Source of the DNA: an uncultured Pelagibacteraceae bacterium
Lineage (GTDB): Bacteria; Pseudomonadota; Alphaproteobacteria; Pelagibacterales; Pelagibacteraceae
Reading direction: 5' to 3'
Length of the DNA stretch: 64,000 nucleotides
NCBI GenBank assembly: GCA_902601895.1
Contig: CACKOU010000005.1
Location: 6,885-70,884, forward strand
The first letter of the stretch is position 1. Every line of letters starts with the position of its first letter. Below the pieces are notes generated by a model. The model worked only from the letters and a program-made list of their open reading frames with translations. It was not told the origin of the DNA and made no database searches. Below are positions 40,389 to 48,995 of this stretch, piece by piece. The translations under genes and the position numbers were made by a program.

Positions 40389-42493
40389 AAATAGCAATTT
40401 TATTACCATATAAAGAAGACTATACATCAAAATATTCAGGAGCTGTATCAATTCATGTTTCTAATTTATATAAATACTCAAAATATAAGAATAATATTGA
40501 AATTTTTGGTAACACTAATTTTAAGAGTTATTTAACTAAAAACTTTAAAAATATTACAATTAAAGAAAATATTTTATCCAGTAGTAACAAAAAATATTTA
40601 AATAAATTTATTGAAGATCAAAAAAAAAATCTTTCAGATATTATTGAAATTCATAATAGACCAAATTATGTTGATACAATTAATAATAATCTAAATTCAA
40701 AAATCATACTTTATTTTCATAATAATCCATTGAGTATTGCTGGCTCGAAGTTAAAAAGTGAAAGATTGTTATTATTAGAAAAATGTGAATACATTTTTTT
40801 TAATAGTAAATGGACAAAAGATCAATTTTTTAAAGAAATTGAGGAAAATAGATTTAATGATAAATTTGGAATTTGTTATCAATCTACAAAAAAAATAAAA
40901 TTAAATATAGATAAAAAAAATAATATAATAACTTTTGTTGGTAAGCTTAATTCTGCAAAAGGATATGACATATTTGGTAATGCAATTATAAAAATACTAA
41001 ATAAATATAATAAATGGAAGTCTATTGTTGTTGGGGATGAACCTAGAGAAAAACATGTCTTCGAACACAAAAATTTAAAAATTTACAGTTTTAAAGATAA
41101 TGAATTTGTTTTAAATCTTTTAAAAAAAGCAAGTATTTCAGTTGCATGTTCTAGATGGGAAGAGCCATTTGGTAGGTCAAGTTTAGAAGCATGTAGTATG
41201 GGCTGTGCTACTATTATTACCAACAGAGGCGGTCTAATTGAAACTACAAAAAATCCAATTATTTTAAAAAATTTAAAATCTTCTGAATTATTCAATGTAA
41301 TTGAAAAATTGATCTTGAATAAAAAATTAAGACAAAAATATCAAAAACTTAATTATAAAAGTTTTTTCCTTACTCATGAGTATGTATCAAAAATTATTGA
41401 TAATATAAGAGAAAAAATAATTAATAAAAATTTAAAACTAATAAATATTAATAGAAATTCAAAATTAAAAATTATTCATATCACTAATTTTAATTTAAGA
41501 TATTTTGGCAGATTACAATATAACACAGGTATAAGAATAAATAATGGTCTAATAAGATTGGGCCACAATATTCTTAGTTTATCTGATAGAGATCTAATAA
41601 GTTATACTAAATCAATTAGAGATCCATCTGGTGCTAAATATTTGAATAAATTAATTTTAAATTCAATAAATAATTTCAAACCAGATATAATTATTTTAGG
41701 TCACGCAGATCGAGTGAATATAGATGTATTAAGTGAAGCCAAAATTAAAAATAAAAGTCTTAAAATATCACAATGGTTTTTAGACCCTCTGTCTAGAAAA
41801 GGGCCAGACTATGAAAAAAACAAGTTTAGGGTAATAGAAAAAAGTAAAATATGTGATACTTCCTTTGTAACTAGTGATCCAAATTCATTAGATTTTAAAA
41901 TAAATAATTCTTTTTTTATGCCCAATCCTTGTGATAATTCATTGGATTACCTAAGAAATTATGAGATGAAACCTGAATACGATATTTTTTATGCTATTAG
42001 TCATGGTGTTCATAGAGGAATATTAAGACCTGGCAAAACTGATGAAAGAGAGATATTTATAAAAAAACTTAAATCTAAATGTAAAGAAATTTCTTTTGAT
42101 ACATATGGTATGTTCGGTATACAACCTGTCTGGGGTGATGAATTTTTAACAAAACTTTCTAATTCTAAAATGGCTTTAAATTTAAGTAGAGGAAAGCCAG
42201 TAAAATATTATAGTAGTGATAGATTAGCTCAATTAATGGGAAATGGATTGTTAACTTTTATAAATAAAGATACTCAATATGGAGATTTTTTTAATAATAA
42301 AGAAATGATTTTTTATTCAAATCTTGATGACTTATCAGAAAAAATAAAAAAATACTCGAAGAATGATAGAGATTGGAGAAAGATTGCAAAAAATGGACAT
42401 AGAAAATATCAAAAACATTTTAATTCAACTAATGTGAGTAATTATATAATTGACAAAACTTTTGGAATAAAATCAAAATATTATTGGGAATGA
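40385..42493 (+). CDS. Two-domain glycosyltransferase (GT4 + CgeB/Glyco_trans_1_2-like)
   Basis: N-half FVGKL..AKG, EEPFGRSSLEA; C-half SKMALNLS...YSSDR...IAKNG. Confidence 0.85.
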   Translation: MKIAILLPYKEDYTSKYSGAVSIHVSNLYKYSKYKNNIEIFGNTNFKSYLTKNFKNITIKENILSSSNKKYLNKFIEDQKKNLSDIIEIHNRPNYVDTINNNLNSKIILYFHNNPLSIAGSKLKSERLLLLEKCEYIFFNSKWTKDQFFKEIEENRFNDKFGICYQSTKKIKLNIDKKNNIITFVGKLNSAKGYDIFGNAIIKILNKYNKWKSIVVGDEPREKHVFEHKNLKIYSFKDNEFVLNLLKKASISVACSRWEEPFGRSSLEACSMGCATIITNRGGLIETTKNPIILKNLKSSELFNVIEKLILNKKLRQKYQKLNYKSFFLTHEYVSKIIDNIREKIINKNLKLININRNSKLKIIHITNFNLRYFGRLQYNTGIRINNGLIRLGHNILSLSDRDLISYTKSIRDPSGAKYLNKLILNSINNFKPDIIILGHADRVNIDVLSEAKIKNKSLKISQWFLDPLSRKGPDYEKNKFRVIEKSKICDTSFVTSDPNSLDFKINNSFFMPNPCDNSLDYLRNYEMKPEYDIFYAISHGVHRGILRPGKTDEREIFIKKLKSKCKEISFDTYGMFGIQPVWGDEFLTKLSNSKMALNLSRGKPVKYYSSDRLAQLMGNGLLTFINKDTQYGDFFNNKEMIFYSNLDDLSEKIKKYSKNDRDWRKIAKNGHRKYQKHFNSTNVSNYIIDKTFGIKSKYYWE

Positions 42494-43533
42494 TTTCAAA
42501 AAAAAAAGCTTTAATTTTTGGTATAACTGGTCAAGATGGTTCTTATTTAGCAGAATTTTTATTAGAAAAAAATTACATAGTTCATGGTGTGAAGAGAAGA
42601 TCTTCAAGCGAGAATACAAACCGAATAGATCATATTTTCGATAGTATAAATTTTAAAAATAAAAATTTTTTTTTACATTATGGCGATGTTGCAGATGGTA
42701 CAAATATACTGAATATTATAAATAAAGTTAAACCAGATGAAATTTATAATTTAGCTGCTCAAAGTCATGTCAGAGTATCTTTTGATGTTCCTGAGTATAC
42801 AGCAGATACTACTGCTATTGGAACACTCAGAATTTTAGAATCTATAAGAGCTTTGAATTTTTTTAAAACAAAATTTTATCAAGCTTCTAGTTCTGAAATG
42901 TTTGGTAAACAAAAAAGTTCAAAACCACAAAATGAATTTACGAAATTTAATCCTATGTCAATTTACGGTGTATCAAAAGTTTTTTCATATCATACTACAA
43001 TTCTATATAGAGAGGCATACGGCTTTTTTGCCTGTAATGGTATTCTATTTAATCATGAGTCTCCTAGAAGAGGTCCAACTTTCGTTACAAAAAAAATTGT
43101 TCAAGGTCTTGTAAGAATAAAAAAAGGTTTGCAAAAAGAATTAATACTTGGGAATTTATACTCTGTAAGAGATTGGGGTCACGCAAAAGACTACGTGGAA
43201 AGTATGTGGAAAATATTACAATATAAGAAACCTGATGACTGGGTTGTTTCAACCAATAAAAATATAACTGTTAAACAATTTGTTAATTTATGTGCAAAAG
43301 AACTAGGATTTAAGTTAGTTTGGAAAAATAAAGGAATTAAAGAAATAGGTTTTGATCAAATTTCAAAAAAAATAATTATTAAATTAGATAAGAAATATTT
43401 TAGACCAGCTGAAGTTGATTATTTAAAAGGTGATTATGCGAAAGTTAGAAAAATTCTTAAATGGAAACCTAAATATTCTATAAAAAATTTAATTTCAGAT
43501 ATGATTAAACACGAAATTAAGTTGTATGAATAA
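42490..43533 (+). CDS. gmd: GDP-mannose 4,6-dehydratase
   Basis: GITGQDGSYL, YNLAAQSHV, QASSSE, YGVSK, FNHESPRRG, RDWGHAKDY. Confidence 0.96.
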   Translation: MISKKKALIFGITGQDGSYLAEFLLEKNYIVHGVKRRSSSENTNRIDHIFDSINFKNKNFFLHYGDVADGTNILNIINKVKPDEIYNLAAQSHVRVSFDVPEYTADTTAIGTLRILESIRALNFFKTKFYQASSSEMFGKQKSSKPQNEFTKFNPMSIYGVSKVFSYHTTILYREAYGFFACNGILFNHESPRRGPTFVTKKIVQGLVRIKKGLQKELILGNLYSVRDWGHAKDYVESMWKILQYKKPDDWVVSTNKNITVKQFVNLCAKELGFKLVWKNKGIKEIGFDQISKKIIIKLDKKYFRPAEVDYLKGDYAKVRKILKWKPKYSIKNLISDMIKHEIKLYE

Positions 43534-44719
43534 TTTCTCATATCCTTTAGTTGAAAATCCTTTTTCAGATGATGATATAAAAAAAGCAAAAAGTGTATTA
43601 AATTCTAAACAATTAACACTTTCAACGAATACATTTAATTTTGAAAAAAAATTTAAAAACAAAATTAAGAGCAACTTTTCTTTAATGGTCAACTCAGGAT
43701 CATCAGCAAATCTTTTAGCATTTCAATGTTTAATTAATCCATATCGAAAAAAAAGATTAGAAAAAAATTCAGAAATCATTATTCCATCTTTATGCTGGTC
43801 GACATCATTATGGCCAATTATACAATCAAATTTAAAACCAATATTTGTAGATATTAATAAAGACACTCTTAATATTGACATTGATGATTTAGAAAAAAAA
43901 ATTACAAAGAAAACTAAAGCAATAATGTTAATACATGTACTTGGAAATTGTTGTGATATGGACAGATTAATGCAAATTAAAAAAAAACATAATTTAATTC
44001 TTATAGAGGATACTTGTGAATCTTTAGGAACAAAATTCAATAATAAATATTTAGGAACTTTTGGAGAATTTTCATCTTTTTCCTTTTATACCTCGCATCA
44101 AATTTCAGCAGGTGAGGGTGGTATGATTTGTTGTAAAGATAAAAACGATTATGAAATAATCAAATCACTAAGATCACACGGTTGGTCAAGAGGCACATCA
44201 TTTGAAAATAAATATAAAAATGATAAATATTTAAATAAGAAATTTATTTTTTTTAATTCTGGATTCAATTTGAGGCCCACAGAAATATCAGCGGCTATAG
44301 GATACAATCAGTTTAAGAGACTAGAAAAAATGAAAAATAGTAGAAATTCTAATCGTAAAAAGATTATTAATGCTTTTAAAGATAACAAAGTTTTAAGAGA
44401 TACCATAAGTTTTTTTCAACCAAGTAAAAAAGTAAAACCTTCATGGTTTGGTCTCCCTTTAAGGTTTTATACAAAACATAATTTAAATAAAATCTTAATT
44501 AAACTTGAAAAAATGGGTGTAGAAACTAGACCAATTATAAGTGGAAATTTTACCAGACAGCCAGCAGCTAAAGTTTATAAATTATTTAAAAAGAATAATT
44601 TTAGAAATACAGATGAAATATATAACTCAAGTTTTTTTATAGGTTTGCCTACACCTAAATTAAAGAAAAAAAAGATTGAGAAGTTAGTAAAGATATTCGA
44701 AAAGATTTTTAAAAATTGA
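43526..44719 (+). CDS. DegT/DnrJ-family PLP enzyme, ColD-like GDP-4-keto-6-deoxymannose 3-dehydratase
   Basis: VNSGSSANL, EDTCE, SFYTSHQISAGEGG (His at the Schiff-base Lys position), RSHGWSR, GVETRPI..GNF. Confidence 0.75.
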   Translation: MNNFSYPLVENPFSDDDIKKAKSVLNSKQLTLSTNTFNFEKKFKNKIKSNFSLMVNSGSSANLLAFQCLINPYRKKRLEKNSEIIIPSLCWSTSLWPIIQSNLKPIFVDINKDTLNIDIDDLEKKITKKTKAIMLIHVLGNCCDMDRLMQIKKKHNLILIEDTCESLGTKFNNKYLGTFGEFSSFSFYTSHQISAGEGGMICCKDKNDYEIIKSLRSHGWSRGTSFENKYKNDKYLNKKFIFFNSGFNLRPTEISAAIGYNQFKRLEKMKNSRNSNRKKIINAFKDNKVLRDTISFFQPSKKVKPSWFGLPLRFYTKHNLNKILIKLEKMGVETRPIISGNFTRQPAAKVYKLFKKNNFRNTDEIYNSSFFIGLPTPKLKKKKIEKLVKIFEKIFKN

Positions 44720-45708
44720 TGAAAATATGTTTTATTGATAGAACAGATTTCAAATATTCGTATGAAGATAAATTAGAAAGCAAATTAAGAGGTGCTGAAA
44801 CTATATTAATTAATTTGTCCGAGAATCTACATAAATTAGATAATGAAGTATTTGTTTTTAATAATTCATCTATTCATTATTCAAATAACAATTACACTTG
44901 GACCGACATAACAAATTTAAAAAAATATAATTATGAATATGACGTAGCTATTTCAAATGGAGATATCAACTTGCTCAACACAGTTAATGCAAAAAAAAAA
45001 TTTGCCATATCATATAGTATTCAAACTATTGAAAAATTTATAAGAAAAAAACAAATATTTTCCTATTTGAAACATAAACCTAAAATTATTCTTATTGGTG
45101 AATATCATAAAATTAAAAGATCTTTTTTAACTAGAATTTTTGGATATGATTTTTTAGACGTATCTGTGGATGATATTTTCAATAAAACAACTTTGGTTGA
45201 GAAAATTGATAATAACAAAGCTATTTTTACCTCCAGGAGTGACAGAAATATGGATTTATTGATTAATATTTGGAAAAATAAAATATTTAAAAGTAATGAT
45301 GCATATAAATTATTTGTAACGCCAAACCAAAATTATAATAAAATAAATAAATACAATATTTTTTTTAGATCAATGAAAAATCAGAACGATTTAATTAATG
45401 ATGTTCAAACATCTAGGGTCATGCTAGTTCCAGGTCATAAAGCTGAATTGTTTTGTCTTGCAGCAGAAGAGGCTAGAGAGCTATGCGTCCCAATTGTAAC
45501 TTTGGGTATTGGATCTTTAGTGGAAAGAGTTGAACATGGCAAAACTGGCTACATTGCAAAAAATATTGATGAATTTGCACACTATACTCTTAAAATTTTT
45601 AATAATAATAAAATTTGGGAAGAATTAAGAAGTAATTTATTGAAATTGAGAGGAAAACTAAGTTGGGAAAAATCAAGTAAAAAATTTTTAAGTACATTAA
45701 AAAAATAA
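44719..45708 (+). CDS. GT4-like glycosyltransferase
   Basis: LRGAET; ELFCLAAEEA (E-x7-E); GSLVERVEHGKTG. Confidence 0.8.
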   Translation: MKICFIDRTDFKYSYEDKLESKLRGAETILINLSENLHKLDNEVFVFNNSSIHYSNNNYTWTDITNLKKYNYEYDVAISNGDINLLNTVNAKKKFAISYSIQTIEKFIRKKQIFSYLKHKPKIILIGEYHKIKRSFLTRIFGYDFLDVSVDDIFNKTTLVEKIDNNKAIFTSRSDRNMDLLINIWKNKIFKSNDAYKLFVTPNQNYNKINKYNIFFRSMKNQNDLINDVQTSRVMLVPGHKAELFCLAAEEARELCVPIVTLGIGSLVERVEHGKTGYIAKNIDEFAHYTLKIFNNNKIWEELRSNLLKLRGKLSWEKSSKKFLSTLKK

Positions 45709-45712
45709 ATTT

Positions 45713-46720
45713 ATGAAAAAAGCGATAATAACGGGTATACTTGGACAAGATGGTGTATATCTTGCTAGATTGCTATTAAAAAAAAAATATAAAGTTTTTG
45801 GCCTTTATAAAGATAAAAATTCAAAAAATAATAAATTCTTACAAAAGAAAATTAAATATATTAAAGTTGACATAAGAGATAAAAACTCTTTAGTTAAGAT
45901 TTTAAAAAAAATAAGACCTAATGAAATTTACAATCTAGCTGCATCATCTTCAGTTAGTAAATCTTTTGATAGTCCAATTGACTCAATATTAACAAATTGT
46001 GTTGGTTATTTAAATATTTTAGAAGCAGTTAAAGAAAATTCAAAAAAAACTAAAATATTCCAAGCATCTAGCTCAGAAATGTTTGCTAATTCAAAGTATA
46101 ATTTAATTAATGAAAATACAAATTTTTCCCCAATTAATCCTTATGGTGTAAGCAAAGTAGCGGCACATTCTTTAACAAAGTTCTATAGAGAAGCATATAA
46201 TCTAAAATGTTCAACTGGAATTTTATTTAATCACGAGTCTATTCTTAGAACTGAAGAATTCGTGTCAAAAAAAATTGTAAAGAAATTATATGATATATCG
46301 ATTAAAAAAAATGGAATATTATTTTTAGGTAATATTTATTCCAAGAGAGATTTTGGATATGCGCCTGAATATGTGCAGGCAATGTGGAAAATTTTACAAC
46401 AAAAAAAAAGTGATGATTTTATTATCGCAAGTGGTAAATATTATTCTATAAAATATTTCGTAAATATTGTTTGCAAAGAATTTAAAATTCCTTTTACTTG
46501 GAAAGGTACTGGTATAAACGAACATTGTATTAATAAAGAAAATAAAAAAATTTTCGTTAAAATTGATAAAAAACTTTATAGACCCTTAGACGTCAAACCA
46601 ATTAAAGGTAATACAAATAAAGCTAATAAAGTATTAAAATGGAAATCTACTACAAATTTTAAAGATCTTATTAAAATACTTTGTAAAGATGTAATAAATG
46701 AAAAAAATTTTAATCCTTAA
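45713..46720 (+). CDS. Second GDP-mannose 4,6-dehydratase-like SDR
   Basis: GILGQDG, YNLAASSSV, QASSSEMF, YGVSK, FNHES, RDFGYAPEY. Confidence 0.88.
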   Translation: MKKAIITGILGQDGVYLARLLLKKKYKVFGLYKDKNSKNNKFLQKKIKYIKVDIRDKNSLVKILKKIRPNEIYNLAASSSVSKSFDSPIDSILTNCVGYLNILEAVKENSKKTKIFQASSSEMFANSKYNLINENTNFSPINPYGVSKVAAHSLTKFYREAYNLKCSTGILFNHESILRTEEFVSKKIVKKLYDISIKKNGILFLGNIYSKRDFGYAPEYVQAMWKILQQKKSDDFIIASGKYYSIKYFVNIVCKEFKIPFTWKGTGINEHCINKENKKIFVKIDKKLYRPLDVKPIKGNTNKANKVLKWKSTTNFKDLIKILCKDVINEKNFNP

Positions 46721-47696
46721 AAATGATAGAGTAGGTGATTTCTTTAACTCTATAAAAGGAATTAATTCAATAATTAATGAGCATAAAAATTACGAAACTA
46801 CTATTGTTTTATCGAATTATTCAAAAGAATTGTCTTTTTTATTTGATTTTAAAAATATTAAGATTGAAATTTTAAATTTTGATTTGAATTATAGAGATAA
46901 ATTATATATTTCAAAAAAAGTTATATTCGAAAAATTTGAAAAAGTATTCATTTTAGCTCCTAAAAATTTTTATTTTTATTTACCTTTAATATCTAAATCA
47001 AAATTTTTTGCTATTTGCATAAAAGAAAAAAATAAAATCAGACCATTTAAATTTTTAATAAAAAAACTTCATTTATACGCTATTAATGATAGATCTTTTA
47101 AAAAATTTGGAGAAAGTATTGAAAATTTGATCGAGAAAATTTCAAATAAAAATAATATTAATTATCCTAACATATTAAATAATAATCCTAAAATATCTAA
47201 TTTGTTAAATTATAACCTTATACATTTAAAAAAATTTGTTCATGTTCACTATAAACATAGCCTTTTTAAAAAAAATGGATGGAAATTGAACGATTTTGTT
47301 GATTTGCTTCTTAAAATATCGAGTAAAGGTTATCAAGTTATCTTAACTTCAGATTTTTGTAATTCCTATTATAATGATTTTTTTTTAAAAAAATTTTCTT
47401 TTATAAACTTTGAAACTAATTCTAAATTTGTTGATGATAGTAGTATTATTTATCTCCATAATATAACAATTAGCGATTTATTTAAAGTTATTGATTTATC
47501 AAATCAAGTTTTAGCACCACACGGTACAATGACGGTAATGGCTAGTTATCTTAAAAAAAAAGTTATAGATATATATGATATAACTGTAAGAATTAATTCC
47601 TTCAGAGAATACAAACCAACGAATAAAAATTATAGTTTTTTAATTTTAAAAAATAATACAGAAAAAATAAAAAAAAAGATTATTAATTTTTTATAA
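46698..47696 (+). CDS. GT9-like (LPS heptosyltransferase-fold) glycosyltransferase
   Basis: N-terminal MKKILILKNDRVGDF; C-terminal DL..VIDLS.QVLAPHG....ASYL. Confidence 0.65.
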   Translation: MKKILILKNDRVGDFFNSIKGINSIINEHKNYETTIVLSNYSKELSFLFDFKNIKIEILNFDLNYRDKLYISKKVIFEKFEKVFILAPKNFYFYLPLISKSKFFAICIKEKNKIRPFKFLIKKLHLYAINDRSFKKFGESIENLIEKISNKNNINYPNILNNNPKISNLLNYNLIHLKKFVHVHYKHSLFKKNGWKLNDFVDLLLKISSKGYQVILTSDFCNSYYNDFFLKKFSFINFETNSKFVDDSSIIYLHNITISDLFKVIDLSNQVLAPHGTMTVMASYLKKKVIDIYDITVRINSFREYKPTNKNYSFLILKNNTEKIKKKIINFL

Positions 47697-48644
47697 TTTA
47701 ATTTTATTAAGGGCATTATTTTTAAATATATTAGCTTCCCTAATATATCTTCTAACCATTTGTGTTGTTTTATGACCTGTCATAGCCATTATGCTTCGCT
47801 CATCAGCGCCTGAATCAGCAGCTGATGTTGCAAAACCCGACCTTAAACTATGACCTGCAAAATTTTTGTTTTCAATACCCGCTAACTTTAAATATTCTTT
47901 CATTAATAAAACTACAGATTGGTCAGTTAATCTTTTATCTGTTAATGATAAACCTTTAGAAAATCTTCTAAAAATTGCTCCAGACTTAATTTTAGAAATT
48001 TCTAACCATTTTTTTAGATTTGTAACAGGACAGTAAATTTCATTATCGAAGTAGGGTAGTCCTTTAGTCATTCCTTCTCCGAATTGGTCAGTTTTTGATC
48101 TTTTAACAGTTATTTTTAGACCCTCAGGAACAAATTCTAAATCTTCATGATCAATTGAAATGATCTCGGACCTTCTAAAGCCACCTGCAAAGCCAATTAA
48201 GATTATTGATTTGTCTCTAAGTTTTTTTATTTCCTGAGTTTTTTGTTCATTAATTACATTAATAATTGATTTTAAATGATTGATTAATATAGGTTTTTTA
48301 CCTTTCTGAATACTTCCTTTGACCCTTCTTATTCCCATTAAATTTTCAACAATGATTGGATGTTTTGTGTCTAGATAATGACCTTTAAACCTATGAACCA
48401 TGCTTATTGATACTAATCTTCGTCTTAAAGTACTGATTTTTGAGTTTTTAGATAGATGGGTAAGGTATAAGGAAACTATTTTTGGCTCTGTTGGTAAAGA
48501 ATTTAATCCATGCTTTGCACAAAAAGCTCCAAAGTCTTTAAAATCAGATTTATAAGCTCTTAAGGTATTATTTGCCTTTGAACTTTTAAGGTTATTTAAA
48601 GTTTCCTCATTAAGCGATTTTAGGTTTGTTGTCAGCTCATTCAT
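47691..48644 (-). CDS. Cre-like tyrosine site-specific recombinase
   Basis: N-terminal SAM-like domain (NTLRAYKSDF...STLRRRLVSIS..H); complete catalytic set R (GFRRSE), K (RSKTD), HxxR (HSLR), H (TGH), Y (RRY). Confidence 0.93.
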   Translation of the reverse strand: MNELTTNLKSLNEETLNNLKSSKANNTLRAYKSDFKDFGAFCAKHGLNSLPTEPKIVSLYLTHLSKNSKISTLRRRLVSISMVHRFKGHYLDTKHPIIVENLMGIRRVKGSIQKGKKPILINHLKSIINVINEQKTQEIKKLRDKSIILIGFAGGFRRSEIISIDHEDLEFVPEGLKITVKRSKTDQFGEGMTKGLPYFDNEIYCPVTNLKKWLEISKIKSGAIFRRFSKGLSLTDKRLTDQSVVLLMKEYLKLAGIENKNFAGHSLRSGFATSAADSGADERSIMAMTGHKTTQMVRRYIREANIFKNNALNKIKL

Positions 48645-48647
48645 ATA

Positions 48648-48682
48648 ATTACTATTGATAACAATTAATTATCATTAGTAAT
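48648..48682. repeat. loxP-like inverted repeat; candidate recombination site of the adjacent recombinase
   Basis: ATTACTATTGATAA-CAATTAA-TTATCATTAGTAAT: 14-bp arms (13/14 complementary), 7-bp asymmetric spacer, 3 bp from the recombinase ATG. Confidence 0.75.
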
Positions 48683-48706
48683 ATATCAAGTGATTTTAAA
48701 TGTCAA
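48678..48706 (-). promoter_or_regulatory. Putative sigma70 promoter of the recombinase
   Basis: Minus strand TTGACA (48706-48701)-N17-TATTAC (48683-48678); the -10 overlaps one arm of the inverted repeat. Confidence 0.6.
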
Positions 48707-48727
48707 ATGAATTAAACTTAAAAATTC

Positions 48728-48907
48728 ATGACTATAGATGGTGAAATTCCTACAAGCTATTTTTTAATAATATCTATAGGTTTAACTATACTGAGTTATT
48801 TGGTTTATAAAAAAAATGGGAAATCTTTAGAAGTATACTTCTTATCTTTTTTAACAATAATTTTCTATTTATCCTATTTTATTCTTATTTTTGTTGGACC
48901 CAGATAG
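48728..48907 (+). CDS. Small two-TM hypothetical protein (59 aa; not in ORF track)
   Basis: Translated by hand: MTIDGEIPTSYFLIISIGLTILSYLVYKKNGKSLEVYFLSFLTIIFYLSYFILIFVGPR*. Confidence 0.55.
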   Translation: MTIDGEIPTSYFLIISIGLTILSYLVYKKNGKSLEVYFLSFLTIIFYLSYFILIFVGPR

Positions 48908-48995
48908 TTTATTAACGCTATCCACAGCTGTTAAAAACCCTTAATTATCAACTATAAAGTGATACTAATATAATTTGCACTGTGATAATTTCATA

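Noticed and set aside
43526-44719. GDP-perosamine synthase call
   Set aside because: The catalytic Lys is replaced by His
47691-48644. Recombinase as a prophage/ICE integrase or XerD
   Set aside because: No phage, excisionase or conjugation genes, and no arm-binding N-terminal extension; motifs (RSKTDQ, GHSLRSG) are Cre-like rather than the XerC/D HxLRHSFAT...LLGH pattern
48918-48926. CTATCCACA, one mismatch from a DnaA box, near an AT-rich tract (oriC?)
   Set aside because: Single imperfect box, and gene orientation converges here rather than diverging
48941-48950. TTAATTATCA repeating 48665-48674, a possible second recombination site flanking the small ORF
   Set aside because: Half-site only, with no partner arm at 7-bp spacing; low complexity
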